Below the pieces are notes generated by a model. It was not told the origin of the DNA and made no database searches. It saw nothing but the letters and a program-made list of their open reading frames with translations. Of a stretch of 64,000 nt of DNA, positions 19,230-31,506 are shown in pieces (positions within the stretch are counted from its first letter, which is position 1; each line of letters opens with the position of its first letter). Origin of the DNA: the human T2T-CHM13v2.0 reference genome, Homo sapiens; the NCBI RefSeq assembly GCF_009914755.1, contig NC_060928.1; one strand, given 5' to 3'. A program made the translations under genes and the position numbers.

Positions 19230-19574
19230 TGGGGGAACTGATTTTTGTAGGTCCCTTGTAGCTGGGTGGGGCATGTGACTAATTCTGGCCATTGAGTTGA
19301 AGCAGAAATAATGTTTGTGGCTTCTGGGATAAGACTTTTCATTGTTCTTTTTTTGTTTTGTTTTGTTTTGTTTTGTTTGTTTTTGGAATAGTGACAGGCA
19401 ACATTTGAGATGGCAGCTCTTCTGCCATCCTGATTCTTTGAGTGACTTCTACAAGCAGAGCTTCCTTCCTTCCCTGCTAACACTTAATGATGATCATGAA
19501 CTATAAAGGATAAATAAATATGTAAAATTTTTTAAAAAATTTTTAGCCAGGTCTATCCTATCTTGATTGATATG
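19230..19574 (+). mobile_element. Old MaLR LTR (MLT1I/J-like) containing (TTTTG)n
   Basis: ggggcatgtgactaattctggccattgag core and an MLT1-like end ...ctatcctatcttgattgatatg. Confidence 0.55.
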
Positions 19575-19769
19575 TGATGTTTTAGTCCACATTTGAGAAC
19601 ACTAGATAGAATGTTTACCAATCCAAAAGTAATAATTTCTATACTAGAAGAATTACAATAAATTATGAGCTTAAATACATAACCATTTATATACATGAAA
19701 CAAGAATAAAAGAGTTATAAAACTGTCTCAAAAATGGTAAATGAAACCAGATGAGAGAAAAATTAAGAT

Positions 19770-20000
19770 AAAAGAGTGTTTTGAAAATATCGAATTGTCA
19801 CGTGTCAAATGCTGAGGAGTTAAATAAAATAAGGACTGAAGGTGTGTGTTGGATTTAGTTAAATGCCGGCAATTTTGGGCTTGGCAAGGAGTGTGGATTA
19901 GTCAATGATGAAGATTGACATTTAATCAGTGTAAATCACTCTTTGAGATATTCTGCTGTGAAGAGAAGAATAGAGATATTGTAGAATCTGGAGGAGATGG
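19770..20000 (-). mobile_element. L2 fragment
   Basis: gtgtcaaatgctg...aaataaggactgaag...ttggatttag is typical antisense L2. Confidence 0.5.
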
Positions 20001-21039
20001 GTGGTCCTGGGATAAACACTTTTAATTACGTGAGAGACCAAAGCAAATTTTTCAACCCTATACATTAGAATCATCTCAGGTATATATTTTTTAAATGTTC
20101 AAAACCTATGGCTAGCCAATTAAACCAGAACATCTGGGTATAGAGCCAGAGCACTGAAATTTTTTAAAAAGTATTTTACATTATTATAATGTAATGTCAT
20201 ATCATGAGAAATCTTAAAAAAAATTTAAATTCTAATGGGAAGAATCTGGTAGGCTGCAGATGTTTCTGAGAGACAGAAAAGATAATCAATAGCAATGAGT
20301 CCTAAGAATTCTGAAAGAATATGGCACCAAAGCTGATGCAGAGACATAAACTTTAAATAAACGAAGGCATTTTTCCCTCAGATTATAATATCAGAACAAA
20401 AGAAGAATATTTACAGTACATATACTTCTGTTTACTGGAGAGACAAAGGTGACAGCATTTGCATCTGATAAAAACTTCTATTTTCATCAGTGAAGCAGAG
20501 GAAAAGTAATATTCTGAGCATAAACAGATGTAAGGAGGTCAGAGGTTTACAGCAAGCTAACTTATTGGAGAAACATTGTGATCTTTCTGGGAAATATTGA
20601 GGTTCCTTATGAGACTAAAAACCAGAAATTATTAAAAACTTCTCAGACATGTGGGTTTTTTTTTCCACCAGAAATGTTCATCTACCTGAGTGTAGTCATG
20701 GACAAAGCTTTTGATTGGGTTCACTGTGGATATAGATTTGCCATAAAGTTGCAATGGGAAGGAAGTGGTGCAGAGCAATCTGGGTATTTATAAGATTGTG
20801 ATTGAAATGAGAGTCTTATTGTTTAGAATTAATGCTGGATATAGAAGGAATATAAAGAAGACAACGCATACTTTATATCATATACTAGTGGCTTGATGAT
20901 GTCTAAGAGCAGGAAAATGGAAACAGCAGAGACCGTAGCTAGAAAATGACGTGTTGAAATTAACAATTTTGGACACAAACTCTATTTGACTTATTGGGAG
21001 AATATAAGGCCAGGTGGCAGAGAAATATTGGAAGATAAG

Positions 21040-23282
21040 TGATACGGTAGGCTTTGAGTCCTCACCCAAATCTCAACCCAAATTTCATCTTGAATTGTAA
21101 TCCCAGGTGTTTAGACAAATGATTGGATTATGGGGGTGATTTCCCTCAAGCTGTTCTCATGACAGTGAGTGAGTTCTCATGAGATCTCATGGTTTTATAA
21201 GTATCTGGCATTTCCCCTGCTTGCACTCCTTCTCTCTCTTGCCATGTGAGAAGGTTCAAGCTTGCTTCCCCTTCACTGTCTGCCATGATTGTAAGTTTCT
21301 TGAGGCCTCCCCAGCCATGCAGAACTGTGTGTCAATTAAACCTCTTTCCTTTATATATTACCCAGTCTCAGGTAGTATCTTTATAGCAGTGTGAAAATGG
21401 ACTAATACAGAACATTGATACCAGTAGAGTGGGGTATTGCTATAAAGATACCCCAAAATGAGGAAGCAACATTGGAACTAGATAGCAGGCAGAGGTTGGA
21501 ACAGTTTGGAGGGCTCCGAAGAAGACAAGAAGATGTAGGAAAGTTTGCAACTTCCTAGAGACTTGTTGAATGGTTTTGACCAAAATGCTGATAGTGATAT
21601 CGACAATGAAGTCCAGGCTGATGTGGTCTCATATGGAGATGAGAAACATTGGGAAATGGAGTAAAGGTCTCTCTCATTATGCTTTAGCAAAGAGACTGGT
21701 GTCATTTTGCCCTTGCCTTAGAGATCTGTATAGCTTTGAGAGAGATGTTCTGATATTGGAACTTAGCTTTAAAAAGGAAGCAGACCATAAAAGTTTGGAA
21801 AATATGCAGCCTGACCATGCGATAGAAAAGGAAAACACATTTTCTGGGGAGAAGTTTGAGCTGGCTATAGAAATTTGCATAAGTAAGGAGGAGCCAAATG
21901 TTAATTGTCAAGATAATGGGGAAATGTCTCCAGGCCATATCAGAGACTTTCATGGCAGCCCCTCCCATCATAGACTCAGAGGCATAGGAGGGAAAATTAG
22001 TTTGCCAGGCCCAGGGCCCCACTCATGCTCTGTGCAGCCTCAGGACTTGGTGCTCTGCATTTTAGCCATGGCTAAAAGGGGCCAATATACAGTTCAGGTT
22101 GTTGCTTGAGAGGGTGCAAGACACAAGCCTTGGTGGCTTCCACATGGTGTTGGGCCTGCAGGTACACAGAAGTCAAGAACTGAGGTTTGAAATCCTCTAT
22201 CAGGATTTTGGAGGTTGTATGGAAATGCCTGGATGTTTAGGCAGAAGTCTGCCACACAGGGAAAGCCCTCTTGAAGAACCTCTGCTAGCACAGTGCAATG
22301 GGGAAATGTGGGGTTGGAGCCCCCATACAGATTCCTCACTGGGGCACTGCCTAGTAGAGCTGTGAGAAGAGGGCCACCATCCTCCAGACCCCAGAATGGT
22401 AGATCCACTGACAGCTTGCATTGTTTGCCTGGAAACACTGCAGTCACTCAACACCAGCTGTGAAAGCAGGCAGAGCAGGGGGCTGTACACTGCAAAGCCA
22501 CAGGGGCAGAGCTTCCCAAGGCCACAGGAGCCCACCTTTTGCATCAGTGTGCCCTGGATGTGAGACATGGAGTCAAAGGAGATTATTTCATAGCTTTAAG
22601 ATTTAATAACTACCCCATTGGATTTTGGACTTGCATGGGGTCTGTAGATACTTTGTTTGGGCCAATTTCTTCCATTTGGAATGGGAGCATTTATTCGTTG
22701 CCTGTATGCCCATTGTATCTTGGAAGTAACTAACTTTCTTTTGATTTTACAGACTCCTATGCAGAAGGGACTTGCTTTGTCTCAGATGAGACTTTGGACT
22801 TGGACATTTGAGTTAATGCTGAAATGAGTTAAGACTTTGGGGGAATGTGGGGAACACATGATTGGTTGTGAAATGTAAGGACATGAAATTTGGGAGGGGT
22901 CAGGGCGGAATGATATGTTTAGGCTTTGTGTCCCCACCAAAATCTCGTCTTGAATTGTAATCCCCAGGGGTTTAGGCAGGACCTGGTGGGAAGTGATTGG
23001 ATTATGGGGGCAGTTCCCCTCATGCTTTTCTTATGATACTGAGTTCTCACGAGATCTGATGGTTTATTAAGTGTCTGTCATTTCCCCTGTTTGCACTCCT
23101 TCTCTCTCCTGCTGCCATGTGAGATGTTCCAAGCTTGCTTCTCCTTCACCTTTGGCCAGGATTGTAAGTTTCCTGAGGGCTCCCAAGCCATGTGGATCTG
23201 TGAGTCAATTTAACCTCTTTCCTTTCAAAATTACTCAGTCTCAGGTAGTATCTTTGTAGCAGTGTGAAAACAGAGTAATACT
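21040..23282 (+). mobile_element. Complete THE1D MaLR element (5'LTR 21040-21409, internal 21410-22910, 3'LTR 22911-23282)
   Basis: Two LTRs tgata...taatac with catttcccctg and tcaggtagtatcttt; 5-bp TSD ataag at 21035-39 and 23283-87. Confidence 0.93.
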
Positions 23283-24232
23283 ATAAGCTTCTGGTGATAA
23301 AGAGCTATAAAGTCTGATTTGCTAGTATGTTTTGGAATGATCCTTTTGATGGGAATTAATATGTTAGAATAATAAGGTTTAGGTTGAGAAGTATAGATGT
23401 AGAAAGCTTCATTGATTAATGACTAATGGTTTGGAAATTTGGAGACTGCTACACTAAGGAGAAGGAGTAGTATAGTATATGTGGTTAACTCATAGGAGCA
23501 GGATTTATCAAGCTGGGAGAGTAACTACGTGGAAAAAAACATTGGAGAGTTACGAGGACACCACTTCTACCATTTGATCTTGAGGTACATAGGGTATAAG
23601 AGAGACAGCTGTGGTGGACCATCATAGATTACAGTTACAATATGGGTGGTAGAAATTCTGATATATGATAGGTTAGTACACAGTACAGGGAGCTAAGAGG
23701 AGTTGGGATGATGTTTGGAGGAGAGATATCCTGAGAACTCTCCTTTCTTAATGTCAACATTAGGATTTCTACTGATTTGTTATAGGTGATTTGAGTGTCT
23801 TCTGCTTTTGGGAAGGAAGATGGGTTTTATCAGACAAGCTCTACATGTCTTTTCCAGTGCTTTCAGGCTTGGCATGCTCTATAGTTCACATAAAACCATC
23901 AGTGCTTTAAAGTTGCCTAAAGTAATTGTAAAATACAGTACTGATCTGTGAAGTGATATAACTCAAACCCAAAATATAAAAGAATTAGGAGTGCCTAATA
24001 GGATATAGGATACTTTCCTGAGAGCTAGAGCTCTGTCCGCATGGCAACACCATACCTTTAACTGTTGTAAGCTGCTTTGGTTACTGTTATCTCATTTATT
24101 AGAGCTGAATATAGAAATAGTGAAAATGAATTTCACTGTGACATAGACTTCTTTCTAGAGTCACATAAACTTTCCCAAAGTTCTCCAACACTGATGAAAC
24201 ACATACGGACCAAATGTTTCTCTATTGAGTCA

Positions 24233-24367
24233 ACTAATAGTACAATAGTTTAGTACTATTATTAGTACACATTCATTTATCATGTTTAATACCATTATTA
24301 CTATTACTATGCTTAGTACTATTATTTCTGTTAGTTTATAATAGTTTAATACTATTGTTAGTACGCA
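24233..24367. repeat. Degenerate minisatellite-like array of gtttagtactattatta
   Basis: Copies near 24248, 24284, 24311 and 24344, plus inverted actaatagtac at 24233. Confidence 0.6.
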
Positions 24368-24568
24368 TGCCAATTGCTGTCTTTTCCTTTCTGTGATGTT
24401 ATCTGAGACCTAAAACACAAATATTTATTAAAACACGTAAACCTCACTTAATTGAATTGGTATTTTGAACACTGGTTCTTTGAGATCTAGTGGTATTTTC
24501 TTGTAAAAGATTCACAACTGATGTAATTTAAGCTTTTAAATGTGACCTTTAAAATATCAACATGTATT

Positions 24569-25271
24569 TCTATCAGTCACAAAGCATATCAGTAATGTGA
24601 ACATGGTGATGTAATATAAATCATGATTTAAAGTAAAAATGATAACCATTAAAAGGAGTAAAATAGGACTCTAGGAATGCAGAAGTAGTAAATGCAAGGA
24701 CCCACCACCTCTGAGACTGAGAAAGGTACTAAGAATTTGGGAGAACACCATCTGCCCCTACCTCTATCCATCTAAGGCTGAGATTCTGAACTTGTTTGGG
24801 TAGTGTGTGGTTACCACAGGAATACACAGCCTACCAGAGGCAGAGACTTTGCCAGAAGGAAGAGGTGAGGACTATAAGGGTAAATTATTAGGAGACAAAC
24901 ATTTCATAAGCAGATGAAGACAAGGTAAAGCGAGTTTACAATAATGGTCCAGTAGATGACCAAGAAGCTTGCTGGAGGAGCAGGCAAGCTGGAGCTGGTC
25001 TCTGAGATTCACTGAGATGAACACCGTGGGCCTCTACAGGCATACCTTCTAGCAGACATGCAGACAACAAAACAATAACACATCAAAACCAGGGAGAAAG
25101 ACATTTTACATTTGCTTTAGCCTTATAATGACCCTCCACTATCCCTACAAAATGGCCAAGCATTTCATTAGCTGACAAAGGATAAATGTTTACAGAGTTC
25201 AGTCCTGGAATCATGAGGCCTCATGAAAGCATGATTTGGAACGGAGGGGCAATACACTGATAACTGTCCCA
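24569..25271 (-). mobile_element. ERVL-class solo LTR (LTR41-like)
   Basis: Minus strand starts tgggacagttatcagtgtattgcccctc...ctctgtaaacatttatcctttgtcagct and ends ...gactgataga, matching remembered LTR41 termini. Confidence 0.65.
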
Positions 25272-26799
25272 GCTTTCACATAGAAAAATTAGAAAATACT
25301 TCCTCATTCTGGGGTCTCAGTGGCAGAAGAGCAAACGTGACTGCCACGTACACACAATTTACCAATATCACTTTAGGCTTAAACATATTCAGTTCTCAAG
25401 GAACAATTACTGAGTAATTAAGCAATATGAAGTAATTAATTGATTTTTCTATTGAAATGTCAATTTAGACATCACCGAACAATTATAAACCTCAGTACAT
25501 AAAGATTGTTCTTATATAAGATATAAAAAAGCATTTATAAGTGAGGAATTTTATTTTTTAAGCATTTTAAATATGATATGCTAGTTTTGCATGTGGATAT
25601 AAATACAGGTGTGAACTGGAGCAACTCGTGTTTCTAAACATTCCATCTCTGCCCATCATCACATACCAACCACAGATAGTACTTAGAGCCTTTAGTTAAT
25701 TCTCTTCTTCAACTTCCTCTTCGGAAATGAAAATTTTCCTAAGAGGATTATCTTATTTAACTGTTGTTAGTTCCCTCTAGAGTCAAATATATATGCAGTT
25801 TTTTAAAAGGCATTATTACTGTGCAGAGAAGAAAAGTGCATTACCATTGGTTCTCAAACTTCAGTCTTATCAGAAGCCAGATGTTACATCTGAATCATGG
25901 TCTAAAACCCATATGTATTTTTTAAAATATTCTCAGATTTTTATATCTTGACATGGATTTGAAGGTTATCTTGCCCAATTATTCCAATTATTCATATTTA
26001 CACTTGAGGGGAGGTCAAGGGCATGTAACTCATGATCAAGTTTACTTACTGAGTATACAATACTTACTGAGAATACAATTAGACCCATGTCATCTGAATG
26101 TTCAGTCTAATTCGACTTCCTCTTACAACTGCAGAGGTCAAACCAATTATAAAAAAAGACAATGGACAAAAGAAGAAGAGCTTAAAAGGATGGACAGAGA
26201 TTCATGAAAGCGAAAGTGGGAAAATTGTGATAGACATCTAAGCATTTTCACTGGGACATGGCCTGATTCTAACTATAATTGCCTCAGCATCAAGCCAGCT
26301 CATCGATTAAAAAAATATTTGGCCATCTCATCAGCTGATTTTTGTGGCTGTTGTTGTTTTTATTGGTCTCTCTATATAACAGCCTAGGGTTGGCTTGGCT
26401 GCCTTTGCATTTCTCATTGCATTGACCCTGTAAGCTAACTAAATAATTAGGTCTTTTTTCTATGCTTCCAGAATAAATGGAATCCTGCCTGTGAAAGATA
26501 AATAGCATTGTTAATCAGCATCTATAAACCATGCTTAACAAATGGCAATACAAAATGCCCAACAAGAAAATTTAGTTGCTTTTTTTCAATTTGCCTTTAC
26601 TCAGTATAACTCATGTAGAATAGCAAAATATTTCCAAGTGGTGTTCAGGCTGTGGGGAAAAGTGAGGTCACTATGTGCAGCATGGTCATAGGGCATATAT
26701 TGAAGAGAATCTTAGATTGCAAATAATTTCTGGAAAGTAGAGGCCAACCCACTGGGTATTTAGCCTCAAGAATAATACAAGATGATAACAATACATTGA

Positions 26800-27270
26800 G
26801 CACATTTTTCAATTTCACAATGATCTCTTATTCCTGAGAATTGCCTCCTTAACCCCCAGGGATTAATAGCTGTTGTATTATGTGACACTGTCATTTTGGC
26901 CACAATTAATCAGACAAGAGATAAGGTGCTGCCTCATGCTGAGCCAATCATAGTGTGTTTCTTGAGAGTTCTGGATTGGGACTCACAGACACTGTATGAG
27001 TCTCTTTGTCTATAGCTAGAATTGTAAATTATAAACTCAGAAACTGCGGGGTGCCCATCCTCAAGCATGAGAGTGGACAGAGATGGGGACTATGGCATTT
27101 AAAAGCTGACACAGATATTTGAGACAGAGAAAACTATAAGCCATAAAATTCATCTTGGATTTTTCATTCCTGGTTCCAAAACCTTGGAAATAACAATTGT
27201 CTTTTTGATCCTTTTATTAATTTCTTCACTTTTTGCTAAAGCTAGCTCCAGGATAATTTTTTAAATCACA
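26800..27270 (+). mobile_element. Old MaLR LTR (MLT1K/L-like)
   Basis: gctgagccaatcatag motif and the 3' ttttgctaaagctag pattern. Confidence 0.5.
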
Positions 27271-27899
27271 CTGAATTTTTTTCATTTAATGTATGCCATT
27301 TTTCCTTTCATCAGACCATCAACATTTATTTAACACATGTGGCCAAATGCTTTACAAAGAAAGAATAAATGAACAAATTAAACCATATGAGAAGGTCATG
27401 AAATTAATGACTCTGGTTTATGTTGATGCTGTCAACAACAGATATTCTGTCCAGCTTTTTAAAGCTCGTTTTTAATCCCAATGAATCATTCACACAGTTT
27501 ATTTTTCCCTTTAATATTTATTGACTGTTTCTATATAAACCAATACCAGCTTCAGAAAAAGCACTTTGACAGATGATTTCTTTGTATGTTTTATTTTTAA
27601 AGAATTAAAGAAATAAAAAAATAAAGAAATGATTGACACATGTCTTCTAACATTTAGCAGTTTGATAGCATTTCCTAGGAGATTTCTGTGATACAGGATA
27701 TTGCAGCAAATTTAAGGAAAAACAAGGATAAATAGTTTAAAATATCTGCCATTTATTTAGGCTCTTATGATCAAGTTATCAAGCAAATGGGAGGTTGTGT
27801 TAATAGAATATATAAAAACTGTCAGTACACATAAAAAATTATTATTATTAATATTAATATTGGTAAGCATAGAATAATTGTGGCAGTTGTTGAAGTACT

Positions 27900-28060
27900 A
27901 GTAGCAGAGTAGCTGACATTTAACAAATACCTATTCTGAGCCTGGAACTCTACTACAACTTGTATGATTTTTCTCATTAATCTTCAAAGCAGCTATAATA
28001 ACAGTTATTATCATTTTAAAGATGAGGAAACAGAAAATTTGTGGTGTTAATAGTCATTTA
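27900..28060 (-). mobile_element. MIR fragment
   Basis: attatcattttaaagatgaggaaacaga core. Confidence 0.7.
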
Positions 28061-28389
28061 AAAAGGTGTTTCAGATTCAACTGAGTATTTTAATTTTATA
28101 TTTTGAGAAAATAAATTTTAATATATGAGAATTATACTTTAAATTTGAAACATACTCATTATAATTTTCCTTTTAAGGTTTTCCCTCCTGTCACGTTCAT
28201 CCTTATTAAAGCAGGTCTTCTCCATATCTTTAAGTGTTTAATAAGGAATATGAAAAAGTAATTATTGCATCTTTCAACCAAAAGATTAAACCCAAAATGT
28301 CTTGTCTCAGTGTCAGAGAGCTAAACATTATTGTCTGGGGGACAGAAGCACTTACATCTTTTGTTGTCCTTTCTTCATTATTTCATAAC

Positions 28390-29260
28390 TTTTTCTCCTT
28401 CTTTCTGCTGTTAATTTTCCCCTCAAGGTATGACATCCTCTGATATTTGAAAATGAATGACGGTTTCCTCCAAGTTTAGTGTGACTAGGTTGTTAAGATT
28501 ATAAATGTGTATTCTCAGACACTTGAACATTGTTCACAAATTGTATTTTTGAAGTGTTAGCAATGTCCTCTTTGAGGGATTAATCTCTCCTTCAATAGAG
28601 ATGGGGAGGAGGAGGAGCAACGCAAGTGCAATATTTGACAGACTTTATCGCACTCAGTTTTTAAAGCTTGAGACCCCGAGTTGTCTCTTGAGCAATTTTT
28701 CTTCTTTTTATCTCATGTTTCTGCTTTGCCAGCTAGATCACACATTTTTAGTGCATCGCCAGAGTTTTCTGTATGCATCCTCAATGTATTTTCATCCCTA
28801 TTTTCATGTCAGTTCATCTTATTTCAAGGATTTAAAGGCAAGAGCCTCAGTAAAAACATTTTACTTCACATATCTTCACCTTGTAAAATCCAGAGGAATA
28901 AATGGAACAAAAGGTGTGAGTTTGAAAGCATCTTAATCAAAGACAGGGCTGCCCCTTTATTCTTCAAGGAAAGCTTCACCTTTACCAAAGGAGGCAACTC
29001 TACTGTGGAAATTTTCATTCTAGGGAAGAAGTCTAAGAGCACATTTTGTCCTTTCTTCACTCCTAGATACCAACTAGAACTTTCAGGAAAATGTTTTGAA
29101 AAATCCAGTATATATAACCCCCTCTCTGATGTAAGAGGATTGCTTCTGGTGGGTAGAAACTTGTCAGGGATGCCAAATCTTGCAAGTAATTGGCAGGGAA
29201 CTCCATGGTCTCTTTCCATAAACATCTGAGAGTCCTGTTCAAATAGAGTTTTCACTACAA
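28390..29260 (-). pseudogene. Degenerate hAT-superfamily transposase remnant (C-terminal half)
   Basis: Frameshifted minus-strand translation gives, in order, MEFPANYLQDLASLTSF..EAILLHQ, NENF..ASFGKGEAFLEE, NVFTEALAF/LNP, KLWR, DNSGSQALK, LSNIALALLLLLPISIEGE..KRTLLTLQKYNL..KCLR, FKYQRMSYLEGK..KKEKK. This resembles hAT insertion and dimerisation domain motifs. Called by eye only. Confidence 0.55.
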
Positions 29261-29769
29261 TTGTGTTTCTTTAGGGCATTTGCAAACTAACCATTATTCA
29301 ATTTTGTTGCCGCATGCTGAAGACTAGCTCAATTAAATTATCAGAAATAGGGAGTCAAAGTATTGCAGACTACAGAGACAGAGAAATTATGACAGGTGCA
29401 GATTTCACAGGAGTAATTTTTCAGTTACTGGAAAATATTGTATGTATTATTATTTCATTAAATAAATACAAAAATTTAAAGATTCTTCTAAAGAGATGAA
29501 GAAAAAGGAAAGGAAGAGCAATAGCAAGATAATGTGCACACACACTCATGAAAAAGAGAGAAAAACGGAATTGCAGCAAATTGATCCCTTGTTTTGATAA
29601 AATATTTTCTCTGTTATAAACCAAACTTTGATTATTAGATGACTAATAAAGTTTTTTAGCAGAAACAAATAAAAGCATAATATTCTTTGTTCTGTGCAGG
29701 AAATTCTTCTAAGAGACGTCTTCCAAATGTTGATTCCTTTAATTCTTATACCTGCAGGTAAATGCTGTT

Positions 29770-29910
29770 GGTATACCTCAGTTTGAAACTGAGGTGTGAA
29801 GAGGTTAAATAAATTGCCCAAAGTTAACATAGTTTGTAAGTAACGTAACAGGATTACAAGACAAGCTATTGGTTGCAGAGTCTGATCTTAACTGTGTGAT
29901 GCTACTTCTC
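29770..29910 (-). mobile_element. MIR fragment
   Basis: gaaactgagg...gaggttaaataaattgcccaaagttaacatag. Confidence 0.7.
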
Positions 29911-29999
29911 AATAAGAATGGAGGCCATACAAATCTGAACATGTAAAACTATACCTTCAATAACAGGTTCACTAATAACCCTCAGGATGTATGTAAATC

Positions 30000-30002
<3 letters not shown>

Positions 30003-30044
<42 letters not shown>
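30003..30044. repeat. (TG)21 microsatellite
   Basis: Read directly from the sequence. Confidence 0.97.
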
Positions 30045-30046
<2 letters not shown>

Positions 30047-31130
30047 GACAGAGAGAGTGCAATCCTATCTTTTATTAATTTACAATCAGTATGACTCCCA
30101 AAAGTTTAAAATGTTTGGTTCTAGTTTATTTTTGGATGGCCGTGGAATGTGTATGCCTGCACCTGTGTGCTTTGTGTGCCTATTTATTTAAAAAATAAGA
30201 GATATATTTGCTAATTTGAAAAATGTTGTGGGGGAAGGAAAGATTAGTACAAAATTCTGGGTTCAAAAGAAGCAAGAAAGAGAAGTCAATCTTCAGAAAG
30301 TGAAACTGGCCCTGTTTCAGAAGTATCCTTATTTGGAAGTTTCTGAAAACATAATTTGTTTATGCATTATTCATGCACTTGCATGTACATGTACACGCCT
30401 ACAGATTCACATTATACTGAAAGAGAACTAGGGAGGAACTTAAGCCTTGTGAAACAAAACACGCTTATTTCTGCAGTGTTATTCCACTTCTGACAGATCA
30501 CGTTTCTGAATGCTTGATGCTGAGTTTCTATAGCTGGCTCAAACCTGCTGTTAAATTAAGATATAAATGGTGAATTTGAATTCTACCACTGCCGTTTATC
30601 TAGAGGCAGGCTTTCTTAAGATCCAAAACTCTTGTTCTCCCAAAACAGAACAGTTATTTCCAGTTACTATTTTAATGACCTAAGGAAGCTAAAGATGGGA
30701 AAGCAAACACTATAATGGCAAAATTTGTGTTTATGAGGTCATGGTTACTACTGTAGTCAAGGGCAACTGCTAGTAACTTTTGATTTTCATCCCCATAATC
30801 CGCTAAAAGAGATATTGAAATAATAAGATGGGGGAAGATTAATTTTGGCTTCTTTCTTCAAATAGTATTTAACTAACAAATATTGTATACATGGTGATTT
30901 AAAAATAATTACAGTATGATTAATGTAAATAATATATTTTAATATTTCATATTTTATAATGTTTTCAGGATATAGGGTTCTTTTTTAATAGTCTTTCAGG
31001 AAAGGCATGGAGGATATTTATTTTTTATTTTGTTAAAAGGTATTGGAATGATACATAGAGTTTAGTCATTTGTATAAGGACACGTAGTGATAAATGAATT
31101 CCAATTTGAAGTCACCTGTGTGGTATAGGG

Positions 31131-31311
31131 CAGTACTTTTGAAAACTGTAGTATATGTAAGAATCACCTAGAGAGCAAGCTAAAACAGATTCCTGAGTCT
31201 CACCCCTATAGATTGTGATTTAGTAGATCAGAAATAGGACCAATATAGGCATTTTCAAAGCTCCCCGGCAATGCTCACACTGCTGCTCCACAGATCATGC
31301 TTTGAGCAGCT
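31131..31311. mobile_element. MER5A-like non-autonomous hAT-Charlie element
   Basis: cagtactttt...agaatcacctagagag...aaaacagattcctgag...tgctttgagcagctg with degenerate CAG...CTG termini. Confidence 0.75.
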
Positions 31312-31329
31312 GGTTCAGGCAAATCTGCA

Positions 31330-31506
31330 ATCTAATCCTAGTTGAACTAATTTTAATTGTCTTTTTCTGTAAGTTATTTAAGCTCCTTAAGCCACATTCT
31401 CCTCACTTTTACATTAAGGAAAATTATACTTACTTTTGTTATGAGAACTAAATTAAAAAAATATATGTTTAAAATGTCTAGTCTGTCATAAGAGCTCATA
31501 ATAAGT
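31330..31506 (+). mobile_element. MIR fragment
   Basis: aagttatttaag...ttgttatgagaactaaattaaaaaaatatatg...gagctcatataagtg. Confidence 0.55.

Noticed and set aside
21570-22109. 179-aa ORF in the THE1D internal region
   Set aside because: A chance or partial frame in MaLR internal sequence, which carries deletions and stops.
24233-24367. CRISPR-like repeat-spacer array
   Set aside because: Primate context, degenerate repeats, irregular short spacing and no cas genes.
19060-25950. Faint MER5-like fragments near 19080-19190, 20045-20215 and 25844-25950
   Set aside because: Similarity is too weak by eye to give boundaries or a family.
28601-29255. Overlapping ORFs of 111, 182 and 129 aa as a protein-coding gene
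   Set aside because: No recognisable product, non-ATG starts for two of them, and no splice support. They are better explained as frames over a decayed transposase.
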